From the NCBI GenBank assembly GCA_902517275.1, contig CABYBQ010000002.1:977-64976 (forward strand): 64,000 nucleotides of DNA. The letters are read 5' to 3'. The stretch's first letter is position 1; each line of letters opens with the position of its first letter. The notes under the pieces are model-generated. The model was not told the origin of the DNA, searched no databases, and saw only the letters and a list, made by a program, of their open reading frames with translations. This stretch comes from an uncultured SAR116 cluster alpha proteobacterium (lineage in GTDB: Bacteria; Pseudomonadota; Alphaproteobacteria; Puniceispirillales; Marisalimonadaceae). The translations under genes were made by a program, and so were the position numbers. Of the stretch, positions 20,376 through 30,662 are shown in pieces.

Positions 20376-21293
20376 CTAATTCCAACTAAATCCAGTTGTT
20401 CTGAGATAAAAATGAAGTCCTTCGTCCTGCACAACAAAACTCATCATTCTTTTAGAACCTCTGTTATGATGAGAATGCAGTTCACTTCCTGGTGTAATTA
20501 AAACTACCCCATCTTCCCAATTTACTTTTTCATTTTCAATTTTTGAGTAAACTCTTTCCGCTTGTATTGCTAATGTAAGAGCGGCTCCATTATGTCTATG
20601 AGCCCTTTGATCTCCTCCAGATTCAAGAGTGTTCAAAGCCGTATTAATCATTGGTATTGTATTTCTACTAGGTAGTGTTTCTGGAGTAGAAAATTGAATA
20701 GCAACACCTGCTGTTTCTTTTGTTTTAGGTCTTTTATAAATTGTATTTAAATTTGATTGAATTTTATCATTTGTCCAATGTGTAGATTTAATAGAATTTG
20801 TTTCATTAACGTTAGGTACTAGCTTTTCAAAAGACAGAATGGGCTCATTAGTTACACAAAATAAAATTGAGTTTTCAGATAAGGTTCTATGTTTAGTTTT
20901 CTTACCTCCAGGTAAACAAAAAACGTCACCACATGACCATTCAATTACATCTTCATCATTCAATGTTGTACCCCTCCCTTCTAAAACATAATATATTTCT
21001 CCAGAAGCTATGAAGTTATGACTTATATCGTCACCTTTTTTTAGCCTTATGTACCTTGCAAGAATTGATGGAATAGTTGCTGGATAGGGTGTTGATAGTA
21101 CATCAGAAATATCAAGAGGTATTAGCAAACTGTTTTTGTCAAAATCATAAGCCTCTTTTTTTTCACTTAAAAACTTATGTCTTGGTACCTTTGGCCAAGA
21201 CCAATCAAACACGTTATCTGGGCTATTATATATCGCTCTTTCCTGAGCACTTTCTTGAGCACTTTCAAGTTTTATACTGTTTACATCATTCAT
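20376..21293 (-). CDS. Bicupin protein, gentisate 1,2-dioxygenase-like
   Basis: EIYYVLEGRG..W..GDVFCLPG (N-terminal cupin); QRAHRH..TPGSELHSHHN..QDEGLH (C-terminal cupin). Confidence 0.8.
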   Translation of the reverse strand: MNDVNSIKLESAQESAQERAIYNSPDNVFDWSWPKVPRHKFLSEKKEAYDFDKNSLLIPLDISDVLSTPYPATIPSILARYIRLKKGDDISHNFIASGEIYYVLEGRGTTLNDEDVIEWSCGDVFCLPGGKKTKHRTLSENSILFCVTNEPILSFEKLVPNVNETNSIKSTHWTNDKIQSNLNTIYKRPKTKETAGVAIQFSTPETLPSRNTIPMINTALNTLESGGDQRAHRHNGAALTLAIQAERVYSKIENEKVNWEDGVVLITPGSELHSHHNRGSKRMMSFVVQDEGLHFYLRTTGFSWN

Positions 21294-21406
21294 ACAATTT
21301 CTCCAGATAAAATTTTATTAATAAATATGCTAATTAAAATTAATTAAATTGTAAAATTAATTGATCCTCTTCGATTACAATTATATGTTAGAACAAGGGG
21401 GAGTTT

Positions 21407-22246
21407 ATGAATATAAAAATTAATAAACTATCCGAGCATACTGGGGCAGAAGTTTTTGGTGTTGATCTGAAATTAATTTTAGATCAGAGAGTTATTAATG
21501 AACTTACTAAGGCCTTTTCAAAATACTCTATATTAGTAATAAGAGATCAAAATCTATCACCCAACGAATTCTATGAAAGTGCTAAAATATTTGGAAAAGT
21601 TTTTAAACAACATAATAAAAAATTTGCTTTAAAAGAAAATGATTTGGTTCACTATATTTCTAACAAGGACAAATTTGAAGATGGGAAAATTTATATCCCA
21701 GGTGAAGGATATCATACCGATCATAGCAATGATATAAGTCCACCTAAAGCTACTATTCTACATGCTAAATTATTACCATCATATGGGGGAGATACCCAAT
21801 TTGTTAATATGCATCTTGTATATAATCAACTACCCGATGATTTAAAAAAAAGCATACAAAATTTAGAAGCAATGCATGTTTATCAGAGTACTCATAACAA
21901 AAGAAAATTGATGTCATTACCTAGAACTACTGAAAAAATAAAAGAAGTAATCCATCCTCTTGTGAGGATACATCCTGAAAATAATAAACTTTGTCTATAC
22001 ATAAATCCCATTAGAATAGAGAAAATTATAGGTTTGACAGGTAATGAAACACTTGCTTTATTGGATAATTTAATGAGTTATGTTTATAAAAAAGAAAATG
22101 AATATAGGCATAAATGGCTAAACGGAGATTTTGTCATATGGGATAATAGAATATTAATGCATAAAGCAAACAGTGACTATGATATGAATGAAGAGCGCTA
22201 TCTATTTAGAATTATGATCCAAAATGAAATCTTTGAAAGGACATAA
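21407..22246 (+). CDS. TauD/TfdA family Fe(II)/2-oxoglutarate dioxygenase
   Basis: YHTD, GGDTQF, HPLVRIHPE, WDNRILMH..R; GGGGGAG RBS. Confidence 0.94.
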   Translation: MNIKINKLSEHTGAEVFGVDLKLILDQRVINELTKAFSKYSILVIRDQNLSPNEFYESAKIFGKVFKQHNKKFALKENDLVHYISNKDKFEDGKIYIPGEGYHTDHSNDISPPKATILHAKLLPSYGGDTQFVNMHLVYNQLPDDLKKSIQNLEAMHVYQSTHNKRKLMSLPRTTEKIKEVIHPLVRIHPENNKLCLYINPIRIEKIIGLTGNETLALLDNLMSYVYKKENEYRHKWLNGDFVIWDNRILMHKANSDYDMNEERYLFRIMIQNEIFERT

Positions 22247-23051
22247 ATTGCAAAATTTACAAGGTAAAAATGCTATTGTTACGGGAGGTTCTAAAGGTAT
22301 TGGTAGAAGCGTTTGCCTAGCTTTAGCCAATGCTGGAGTTAATATTAATGTTTTAGATTTAAATAAAGATCAAGGATTAGATACAGTAAAAGAAATTATA
22401 AAATTAAATGTTAAAGCTGAATTTTATGAAATAGATGTAGCCCAAGAAAGTGAATGGCTTAATTTTGTTACTTATTTAGATACAAAAAATAAATCAATAG
22501 ATATTTTGGTAAATAATGCAGGTATTTGGTTAGGAAAAGAAATAAGTAATGTTTCAATCGAAGAATATCGTAAATTGATATCAATTAATTTAACCGGTGT
22601 GTTTTTAGGTATTAAGCACCTTATACCCTTCCTTACTAAAGCAGGAGAGAAATCAAATTTTGGAAGCTCAATTATTAATCTAAGCTCAGTTGCTGGGTTA
22701 GTAGGATCACAACTCGATCCATTATATTCAATGACAAAAGGTGGAATTACAACTTTCACAAAATCAATGGCAATATATTTTGGTAAAAAAAAATATCCTA
22801 TTAGAATTAATCAGGTCCATCCTGGTATTATTGAAACAGATATGGGAAGTCAAGTTGCTGAAGCAAGAATTAAACAAAACCCAAGTATGACTTTAAAAGA
22901 TTCATATTCAGCAGGTATATTGCAAACGCCTCTTGGTCGTCTAGGTACTGCAGAAGAAGTAGCTAAAACAATATTATTTTTATCATCAGACGACTCAAGT
23001 TTTATGACAGGTTCCAGTCTTGTTGTTGATGGTGGATTAACTGCTCAATAG
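22224..23051 (+). CDS. Classical SDR oxidoreductase
   Basis: TGGSKGIG, NNAG, YSMTK, HPGIIET. Confidence 0.95.
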   Translation: MKSLKGHKLQNLQGKNAIVTGGSKGIGRSVCLALANAGVNINVLDLNKDQGLDTVKEIIKLNVKAEFYEIDVAQESEWLNFVTYLDTKNKSIDILVNNAGIWLGKEISNVSIEEYRKLISINLTGVFLGIKHLIPFLTKAGEKSNFGSSIINLSSVAGLVGSQLDPLYSMTKGGITTFTKSMAIYFGKKKYPIRINQVHPGIIETDMGSQVAEARIKQNPSMTLKDSYSAGILQTPLGRLGTAEEVAKTILFLSSDDSSFMTGSSLVVDGGLTAQ

Positions 23052-23090
23052 TAACATTTAAAAATTGAATAATAGAAAGAAAATTTACCC

Positions 23091-23849
23091 ATGAAAAGAG
23101 ATCTAAAAGAAAAAATTGCTTGGATTGTAGGTGCTGGTTCTGGGATAGGTCAAAACGCTGCTGTTAAGCTATCTTCACTTGGAATGAAAATTATACTTTC
23201 TGGAAGAAATATTAAAAATTTAGAAGAAACCGCTAAAAACTGTAAAACTAAAGCCTCAATAAAGATGATGGATGTTACTAATAAAACATTAGTTAAAGAA
23301 ACAGTAAATCAAATAAAAAACGAATTTCAACAAATTGATGTATTGGTAAATTGTGCTGGAATAAATATTTTAAATAGAGATTGGGATTACATTAATGAAA
23401 GCGAGTGGGATGACGTGATTCAGACCAATGTCAATGGCTTATTTTATTGTTGTAAATCTGTTATTCCAATGATGAAAGAAAAAAAAGATGGTTTGATTAT
23501 TAACGTTTCATCTTGGTCAGGCAACCATGTTAGTCTCTTATCAGGAGTTACATACACATCATCAAAACACGCCTTAAATGCTATGACTGAGACTATTAAC
23601 ATGAAATATTGTAGTGTTGGTATTAGAGCTTGCGCTTTATGTCCTGGTGAGGTTGCTACAGATATTTTAGACAAAAGACCTAAAAAGCTCTCTTTAGAAC
23701 AAAAAAAGAAGATGCTTCAACCTGATGATTTGGGTGAAACAATAGCTTTTTTATGTCAAATGCCAAAACATGTTTGTATTAACGAATTAACTATTAGTCC
23801 AACCTGGCATAGAAGATATATAGCAGATCTTGGAATTGAGGAATTATGA
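23091..23849 (+). CDS. SDR oxidoreductase
   Basis: GAGSGIG, NCAG, YTSSK, CPGEVAT. Confidence 0.94.
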   Translation: MKRDLKEKIAWIVGAGSGIGQNAAVKLSSLGMKIILSGRNIKNLEETAKNCKTKASIKMMDVTNKTLVKETVNQIKNEFQQIDVLVNCAGINILNRDWDYINESEWDDVIQTNVNGLFYCCKSVIPMMKEKKDGLIINVSSWSGNHVSLLSGVTYTSSKHALNAMTETINMKYCSVGIRACALCPGEVATDILDKRPKKLSLEQKKKMLQPDDLGETIAFLCQMPKHVCINELTISPTWHRRYIADLGIEEL

Positions 23850-23858
23850 TTTAAATAT

Positions 23859-24728
23859 TCAATTTTCTATTTTATCTTGTGTTTTATTTTGAAAATCACT
23901 TGCGTCATGCCTTTCATGGAGTTGAGAACCAGGATAGCCACTAATTTTATTAACCATTCTCCCTCTTTTAACAGCAGGTCTTTCGTTAATGAATTTAGCC
24001 CATCTTAGAACATTTTTATAAGACTTAACATCCAAGAACTCCTCAGCTCCATATAAACGGCCTAATACTAATGCGCCGTACCATGACCATATTGCCATAT
24101 CTGCAATAGTATATTCATCATTACAAATAAAAGTTTTGTCTGATAATAACTTATCTAAAACATCTAGTTGTCTTTTTACTTCCATAGAAAAACGATCTAT
24201 CGGATATTCAAGTTTTTCAGGTGCATAAGCGTAAAAATGGCCAAATCCTCCACCAAGATATGGGGCACTTGCCATTTGCCAAAATAACCAGTTTAAACAT
24301 TCCGTCCTTACTTCAAAAGATTTAGGAATAAATTTTTTAAATTTGTCAGCTAGGTACAAAAGTATTGAACCAGATTCAAAAACTTTAACAGAAGTTCCGT
24401 TTGTATTATCAGTTAAACTAGGAATTTTTGAATTAGGATTAATGTCCACGAAACCAGAACTAAATTGATCCCCTTTTCCAATTCTAATAAGCCATGCATC
24501 ATACTCTGCTTCTTTAATGCCTAAATTTAATAACTCTTCAAGCATTACTGTTACTTTCACACCATTAGGGGTACCTTGAGAGTATAACTGAAAAGGATGG
24601 ATACCTTTTGGAAGATCTTTTTCATAAGTAAAGCCAGAAATAGGCCTATTAATTTTTGCAAATTTACCACCATTTTCTTTTTCCCAAACCCATACCTCAG
24701 GAGGGATATATTTTTGTAACTTTGACAA
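23859..24728 (-). CDS. yghU: Glutathione-dependent disulfide oxidoreductase (Nu-class GST)
   Basis: YIPPEVWVW, QLYSQGTPNGVK, NPNSKIP, GGGFGHFYAYAP, ERHDASDF; TTG start with AAGGA RBS. Confidence 0.95.
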   Translation of the reverse strand: MSKLQKYIPPEVWVWEKENGGKFAKINRPISGFTYEKDLPKGIHPFQLYSQGTPNGVKVTVMLEELLNLGIKEAEYDAWLIRIGKGDQFSSGFVDINPNSKIPSLTDNTNGTSVKVFESGSILLYLADKFKKFIPKSFEVRTECLNWLFWQMASAPYLGGGFGHFYAYAPEKLEYPIDRFSMEVKRQLDVLDKLLSDKTFICNDEYTIADMAIWSWYGALVLGRLYGAEEFLDVKSYKNVLRWAKFINERPAVKRGRMVNKISGYPGSQLHERHDASDFQNKTQDKIEN

Positions 24729-24756
24729 TTGAGTTTCCTTATTTAAATAACTTTAG

Positions 24757-26397
24757 TTAATAACTTAGAGCGGTTGGTTCTAATGGTTTTTTATTAAGAA
24801 TTAAATCTGAACCTTTTTCGCCAATTAAAGTTGCTCCAGAGTGTAAATTAGCAGATAACATAGTTGGCATAATAGACGCATCGACAATTCTTAAATTATC
24901 TATGCCATAAACCTTTAAATCATTATCCACAACTGCAGTAGGATCTGTTTTTGGTGCCATTCTACATGTCCCCATTTGGTGATATGTAGTAGTCCCTCTT
25001 TCTCTTGCAATTTGTAATAAATCTTCGTCAGACTGTGCATCTAATCCAGGATATACCTCGTAATCAAAATAATTTGATAAAGCTTTGGAATGCATTAACC
25101 TTCTTGATAATTTTAGTCCAGCTACTACTACTCTTTTATCTTCTTCTGCATCAAGATAATTTGGTTGAATCTCTGGGGCTTCAAATGGATTATTACTTTT
25201 AGCTTTAACCCATCCTAATGATTCTGGTCTTTGTTGCCAGGCAGCAACCGTAAAACCTGGTTCAGTGTCAAGAGTTGATTGCACCCCTTCTTTGTAGGAA
25301 GCAGGTGTAAAAGTCATTTGCAAGTCATGATTTCTTATAGACTCGTTAGAATGCCAAAAACAGTAAACTAAAGTTGGACTTAAGTTGACAATTGATTGTT
25401 TTCCTAAAATATATTTACCAATTTCTTTCAAGAGCTTAAACCCTCTAGATTTTTCATTAACTGTTTCAACATTCTTAGCTCTTGCAGTCATTCTAGGTGC
25501 AAAATGATCTCTTAAATTCATGCCAACACCCTTTAAGTCATGAATTACATCTATCCCGATATCTTTTAAATGTTTACCTGAACCAATGCCTGATAAATTT
25601 AATAAATGTGGTGATTTAATAACTCCTGATGACAGGATAACTTCTTTATTAGCCTTTAAAATTATTTTTTTACCATTAACTCCACCTTTGAGATACTCAA
25701 CTCCAGTAGCAGTTTTGTTTTCAATAATAATCTTTGTTACAAATGCATTAGTGATTATTTCAAGGTTTTGTCTAGATTTAACAGGCTTCAAAAAAGCTTT
25801 AGATGCACTTACTCTAAATCTACCTTTTGTGGTTCTTTGAACATATGAAACACCCTCCTGAAATTGTCCATTATAGTCTTTGTTTAAAGGTATACCTTGT
25901 TCAATAGCTCCTTTTATAAATGCTTCACAAAGTGGATCCCGGTATTCCAAATCAGTTATTGGCAACTCGCCTTTTGATCCTCTGTAAGTTTCATCATGCT
26001 CAGCTAATCTTTTTTCATATTTTTTGAAATAAGGGAGTAAATCAGAGTAACTCCAACCTTTATTCCCCTTTTGAGCCCAGACATCAAAATCCATATTTTG
26101 ACCTCTATTGAAAACCATTCCATTTATTGAGCTTGATCCGCCTAATGTCTTGCCTCTTGGAATATCAATCACTCTTCCTGCCGTTCCCCAACTTGGTTCA
26201 GATTTAAATAACCAATTTACATTTGGATTAGTTAGAGTTTTCATAAAACCAGCTGGTATATGAATAAATGGATTCCAATCAGGAGGGCCTGCTTCAAGTA
26301 AACAAACTTTGTGTTTCCCGTCTGCACTCAGTCTGTTTGCCAAAACACATCCAGATGAGCCTGCACCAACAATAATATAGTCAAAACTATTAATCAT
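24757..26397 (-). CDS. GMC family FAD oxidoreductase (choline/alcohol dehydrogenase-like, substrate unknown)
   Basis: GAGSSG, GKTLGGSSSING, YHQMGTC, RIVDASIMP. Confidence 0.95.
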   Translation of the reverse strand: MINSFDYIIVGAGSSGCVLANRLSADGKHKVCLLEAGPPDWNPFIHIPAGFMKTLTNPNVNWLFKSEPSWGTAGRVIDIPRGKTLGGSSSINGMVFNRGQNMDFDVWAQKGNKGWSYSDLLPYFKKYEKRLAEHDETYRGSKGELPITDLEYRDPLCEAFIKGAIEQGIPLNKDYNGQFQEGVSYVQRTTKGRFRVSASKAFLKPVKSRQNLEIITNAFVTKIIIENKTATGVEYLKGGVNGKKIILKANKEVILSSGVIKSPHLLNLSGIGSGKHLKDIGIDVIHDLKGVGMNLRDHFAPRMTARAKNVETVNEKSRGFKLLKEIGKYILGKQSIVNLSPTLVYCFWHSNESIRNHDLQMTFTPASYKEGVQSTLDTEPGFTVAAWQQRPESLGWVKAKSNNPFEAPEIQPNYLDAEEDKRVVVAGLKLSRRLMHSKALSNYFDYEVYPGLDAQSDEDLLQIARERGTTTYHQMGTCRMAPKTDPTAVVDNDLKVYGIDNLRIVDASIMPTMLSANLHSGATLIGEKGSDLILNKKPLEPTALSY

Positions 26398-26511
26398 TAA
26401 TATATCCAGTTTAATCGTGATTAAATAATGTTAATTTAAACATACTAATTTATCATTTTATTATACAAATAGAAAAGGTAAATTCTTAATTCAAAATAAA
26501 TCTTTAATGTA

Positions 26512-26634
26512 TTACCAGGATTGCAACCACGTCACTAATTGATCTCTTAAACCTGTTGAAACTAATATTGCTTGAATATCATCAAAGAAAAAAAATATTA
26601 AAGCTGATAAAATTATTCCAAATATGAAAGTCAT
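26512..26634 (-). CDS. Small predicted membrane protein (40 aa)
   Basis: Hand-translated MTFIFGIILSALIFFFFDDIQAILVSTGLRDQLVTWLQSW; AGGGA RBS upstream. Confidence 0.6.
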   Translation of the reverse strand: MTFIFGIILSALIFFFFDDIQAILVSTGLRDQLVTWLQSW

Positions 26635-26730
26635 AATAGTCCCTAAAACAATATATTATATCAAAATTTAAAAAACTTGAATAATTTTAAAAAAAAAATA
26701 ATATTAAGATATAACTATTGGAGAAAAATT

Positions 26731-26835
26731 ATGGCTAATGATAATTATACTTTTAGTGAAACATTAAAATCTGAGCTATATTTAGCCTTGTTGATGTTCA
26801 TTCCTCTCACTTTTACAATAACTGGGTTATTTTAA
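26731..26835 (+). CDS. Small predicted membrane protein (34 aa)
   Basis: Hand-translated MANDNYTFSETLKSELYLALLMFIPLTFTITGLF; GGAGA RBS; stop overlaps the stop of the convergent CoA-transferase. Confidence 0.6.
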   Translation: MANDNYTFSETLKSELYLALLMFIPLTFTITGLF

Positions 26836-28010
26836 ATACCAAATATTACTTCTTCATCAAAAAGCTTTGCTATACTTTTTTCGCTGTATCCTAACTGTAC
26901 AATAATTTCTTTTGTATGCTGTCCCAACGATGGTGCTATTGATAATTTACTTCCACTAACTAACTTTGGCATACCTGGTATATTTGGAACAGGCCACGAT
27001 TGATCAGTAGTAGGTTGATCCAGCCATGAAATTAATTCTAGTGCTTTAGTTTGTTCACTATCTACAAATTCTCTATAGCTTTGTACTTTTTCATTCTGAA
27101 CTTCAAATTTGTTTAATAAATTTTTCCAATATCCCGTTGTTTCTTTAATGAAAAGTTTTTGTACTTCCTTAGTCAGAATAGCTTCATGTTTTCTTCTTAA
27201 AGAGTTAGTTAAAAAGCGCTTGTCAGTAAGAAAATTTACCCATCCAACAGCATTACAAAATTTGGTAAACTCATGATTCTTCACAACGATAATCTGTATC
27301 CATCCATCTTTAGTTTGAAAAGTTCCTGATGGTGAAGAAGCATGAGTGTAAGGCCCCTCCATGTATCCACTCATAAGTCTTATCGACTGCATAGCTGCTG
27401 CAGCCTCCATTAAACTAACTTCAATTTTCTTTCCAATATCTTCTTTAATTCTGGCAAATAAGGCTGAACTTACTAATTGGGTTGCGTACAAGGCGGTAGT
27501 CATATCAAAAATTATAACTGGTGTTCTATGTGGAATATCGTCAGGACCTTTATTTTCTGACATAAACCCTGTAAAAGCCTGCAAAACAGGATCCATAGCT
27601 GGTTTTGCGCTCATAGGACCTTTTTGACCAAAGCCTGAAATAGATAAATAAATTAATTTAGAATTAATATTTTTTAACCTTTCATATCCATACCCCAATC
27701 TTTCTATCACCCCTGGCCTAAAACCTTCAATAAACACATCACATTCATTGATGATTTTGTCTAATATAGGCTGACTTTTTTTATTCTTTAAATCGAATAC
27801 TATACTTTTTTTACCAAGGTTTGCAGTTACTGAAAAAGCAGAATGTTGTCCATATTCTTGACCAAGATTTCTAGCCCAATCTCCATCTTTTGGCTCAATT
27901 TTAATAACCTCAGCTCCATATTGAGCTAAGAGCATTCCACAATAGGGCCCAGCAACTCCTTGAGAAAAATCTATAACTTTTAACCCTTCATAGGGTTTTT
28001 CATATGACAT
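26832..28010 (-). CDS. Family III CoA-transferase (CaiB/BaiF)
   Basis: VIDFSQGVAGP, GAEVIKIEP, NLGKKSI, FRPG, SISGFGQKGP, catalytic Asp in IFDMTT. Confidence 0.95.
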   Translation of the reverse strand: MSYEKPYEGLKVIDFSQGVAGPYCGMLLAQYGAEVIKIEPKDGDWARNLGQEYGQHSAFSVTANLGKKSIVFDLKNKKSQPILDKIINECDVFIEGFRPGVIERLGYGYERLKNINSKLIYLSISGFGQKGPMSAKPAMDPVLQAFTGFMSENKGPDDIPHRTPVIIFDMTTALYATQLVSSALFARIKEDIGKKIEVSLMEAAAAMQSIRLMSGYMEGPYTHASSPSGTFQTKDGWIQIIVVKNHEFTKFCNAVGWVNFLTDKRFLTNSLRRKHEAILTKEVQKLFIKETTGYWKNLLNKFEVQNEKVQSYREFVDSEQTKALELISWLDQPTTDQSWPVPNIPGMPKLVSGSKLSIAPSLGQHTKEIIVQLGYSEKSIAKLFDEEVIFGI

Positions 28011-28161
28011 AAAAGACTTTCAAAATATTTGTAAACATTATTGCTTATGTTTTATTTTACACAAGAATAATTTTTTATTTGATTTGAATTAGTTGAATTT
28101 AATATAATTACAACTTATAGAAATATTATCCCTAAAAAAATTCAATTAAAAAGAGACTGAT

Positions 28162-29598
28162 TTGAAACAAAACGTGAGTATATACTGGATACGACAAGAT
28201 CTTAGGTTGAGTGATAATCCAGCTCTAAGTGAAGCTAATAAAACAGGATCAATAATTCCTATTTTTATTTTAGACATTGTAAATTCTAAAGAACATATAA
28301 CAGGAAATGCAGGTAAGGTTTGGCTACATTATTCATTAAATGAACTAAACAAACAATTTGGTAACAAACTAATATTTTCTAAGGGAGATCCTGAGGAAAT
28401 TTTAACTGACCTTTGCAAATCTGAACTAATAAATAAAATATTTTGGAATAGAGTTTATGAACCTTGGAGTATTTCAAGAGATAAGAGAATAAAAGAAAAT
28501 ATGAAAAAAAAAGGTATTGAAGTAAATACTTTTAATGGATCACTTTTATGGGAACCTTGGAATGTTTTGAAAAATGACGGAACGCCCTATAAAGTTTTTA
28601 CTCCCTATTATAGAAGAGGCTGTCTAAATGCAGTTGAACCCAGAAGTCCATTAGAAAAGCCAAAAAAGATAAATTTTCATAAAGTGAAAAACTTTAAAAG
28701 CTTGTCTATTAATCAATTAAATTTATTGCCGGCACATTCTTGGAAAGAAAAAATAATAAGCTCATGGAATGTTGGAGAAAATGCTGCCAAAAATAGATTA
28801 AATGAATTTGTTAAAACTGAAATCGAAGGTTACAAAGAAGGTCGAAATTTTCCATCTAAAAAAAATGTATCTAGGCTTTCACCACATTTGCATTGGGGTG
28901 AAATTTCACCAAATACAGTATGGTTTAAAGTTTGGGATTTAAATAAATTCGGAATTAATCATCAACAAGATACTGACACGTTTTTGTCAGAAATGGGATG
29001 GAGAGAATTTTCTAATTACTTATTGTTCTATTTTCCTGATCTACCTAAGAAAAATTTACAAAAGAAATTTGATAATTTTGCTTGGGATGATAATCCTTTG
29101 TTTCTAAAAGCATGGCAGAATGGTCAAACTGGATACCCAATAGTGGACGCTGGAATGAGAGAATTATGGTCAACAGGCTATATGCATAACAGACTAAGAA
29201 TGATAGTTGGATCCTTTCTGGTAAAAAACCTATTACTCCATTGGCATGAAGGCGAACGTTGGTTTTGGGACTGCCTTGTAGATGCAAACTTAGCTAGTAA
29301 CAGTTCGGGTTGGCAGTGGATTGCAGGTTGCGGAGCAGATGCAGCTCCATATTTTAGAATTTTCAACCCTATCACCCAAGGTCTAAAATTTGATCCAGAT
29401 GGTCATTATGTCAGAAAATTTGTCCCAGAAATTTCTTTACTTCCTAATAAATATTTATTCAATCCCTGGGAAGCGCCCGATGACATTCTAAAAAAAGCTA
29501 ATCTTAAATTAGGAGAAAATTATCCAAAACCAATTGTAGATATAAAGGAATCTAGGCAAAAGGCACTTTCTGCGTTTGCTAAATTGAAATCATCTTAA
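28162..29598 (+). CDS. phrB: Deoxyribodipyrimidine (CPD) photolyase
   Basis: WIRQDLRLSDNPAL, SRLSPHLHWGEIS, WREF, TGYPIVDAGMRELW..MHNRLRM, PYFRIFNP; TTG start. Confidence 0.96.
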   Translation: MKQNVSIYWIRQDLRLSDNPALSEANKTGSIIPIFILDIVNSKEHITGNAGKVWLHYSLNELNKQFGNKLIFSKGDPEEILTDLCKSELINKIFWNRVYEPWSISRDKRIKENMKKKGIEVNTFNGSLLWEPWNVLKNDGTPYKVFTPYYRRGCLNAVEPRSPLEKPKKINFHKVKNFKSLSINQLNLLPAHSWKEKIISSWNVGENAAKNRLNEFVKTEIEGYKEGRNFPSKKNVSRLSPHLHWGEISPNTVWFKVWDLNKFGINHQQDTDTFLSEMGWREFSNYLLFYFPDLPKKNLQKKFDNFAWDDNPLFLKAWQNGQTGYPIVDAGMRELWSTGYMHNRLRMIVGSFLVKNLLLHWHEGERWFWDCLVDANLASNSSGWQWIAGCGADAAPYFRIFNPITQGLKFDPDGHYVRKFVPEISLLPNKYLFNPWEAPDDILKKANLKLGENYPKPIVDIKESRQKALSAFAKLKSS

Positions 29599-29599
29599 T

Positions 29600-30658
29600 A
29601 TGTATCAAAGGTTATACAGATATTTATTTTATATAATCTTGTTTGTATTGACTTATCTTTTTTATATATTTCCTTTTGAAACACTCAGTCAATATTTATC
29701 AAATGAAACAACATCCATAAAATATTTAATAATTAACACAGCTATATTTTTTATACTTATTGTCTATTACCTAAGATCACATAGTACGTTTATACCACTT
29801 AAGATATTCGTATATGAAGGTTTAGGGATTGGTTTTATAAGTTTTTTAATCATTTCAATTAGTATTTTAGTTAGTTCACTTATCACTATTAGTGAAAAAA
29901 CAATAGGCATAATATCATTATTAATAATAATAATAATATCAATTTATGGAATGTTTAATGCTAGAAAAGTAATATTAAAAAAGATTACTGTAAAATCATC
30001 TAAAATTAATAGAAACTATAATATAATTTTTATTAGCGACGTACATTTAGGTACAAATACATCTAAACATCTTTCAAAAATCTTAAATAAAATACAAACT
30101 TTAGAATATGATTTTTTATTGATTGGAGGAGATCTAATAGATTCCAGTTCCTTTAAATTAAATGATCTAAATTTATTAAATAACATTAAAAAGGATATAT
30201 ATTTTGTTAACGGAAACCATGAATATTATGTAAAAGATTTTAAAAATAAAATTGAGCAATTAAAAAAATTTAAAATTAAAGTTCTTAAAAATTCAAGTAT
30301 ACAAATTAACGAAATAAACTTAATCGGAATTGATGATTTACAAAGTAAATTTTCTAAAATAAGTTTTGTTGAAAAGTTGAATAAAAAAAACTTATTTAAC
30401 TTAGTCCTTTCACATAAACCCGATATTTGGGACAATATAAAAAATAAAAGTGATCTTATGTTGTCAGGACATACTCATAATGGTCAGATTTTTCCATTTA
30501 ACTTTTTAGTTAAATTAAAATTTAAATTTATTTATGGAATATATGAATACAAAAAATCAAAGCTTTATGTATCGTCTGGCGCTGGTTGCTGGGGACCTAA
30601 GTTGCGTATTGGATCGTCAAACGAGATTGTTAATATTCATTTAACAAAGATATCTTAA
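29600..30658 (+). CDS. Membrane-anchored metallophosphoesterase (YkuE/YaeI-like)
   Basis: About four N-terminal hydrophobic helices; SDVH, GGD, GNHE, SHKP, GHTH. Confidence 0.92.
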   Translation: MYQRLYRYLFYIILFVLTYLFYIFPFETLSQYLSNETTSIKYLIINTAIFFILIVYYLRSHSTFIPLKIFVYEGLGIGFISFLIISISILVSSLITISEKTIGIISLLIIIIISIYGMFNARKVILKKITVKSSKINRNYNIIFISDVHLGTNTSKHLSKILNKIQTLEYDFLLIGGDLIDSSSFKLNDLNLLNNIKKDIYFVNGNHEYYVKDFKNKIEQLKKFKIKVLKNSSIQINEINLIGIDDLQSKFSKISFVEKLNKKNLFNLVLSHKPDIWDNIKNKSDLMLSGHTHNGQIFPFNFLVKLKFKFIYGIYEYKKSKLYVSSGAGCWGPKLRIGSSNEIVNIHLTKIS

Positions 30659-30662
30659 ATGT

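Noticed and set aside
28011-28161. LexA or RpoE box upstream of the photolyase
   Set aside because: No GTTC-N7-GTTC / GAAC-N7-GAAC or TGATCC-type motif found; the region is just AT-rich
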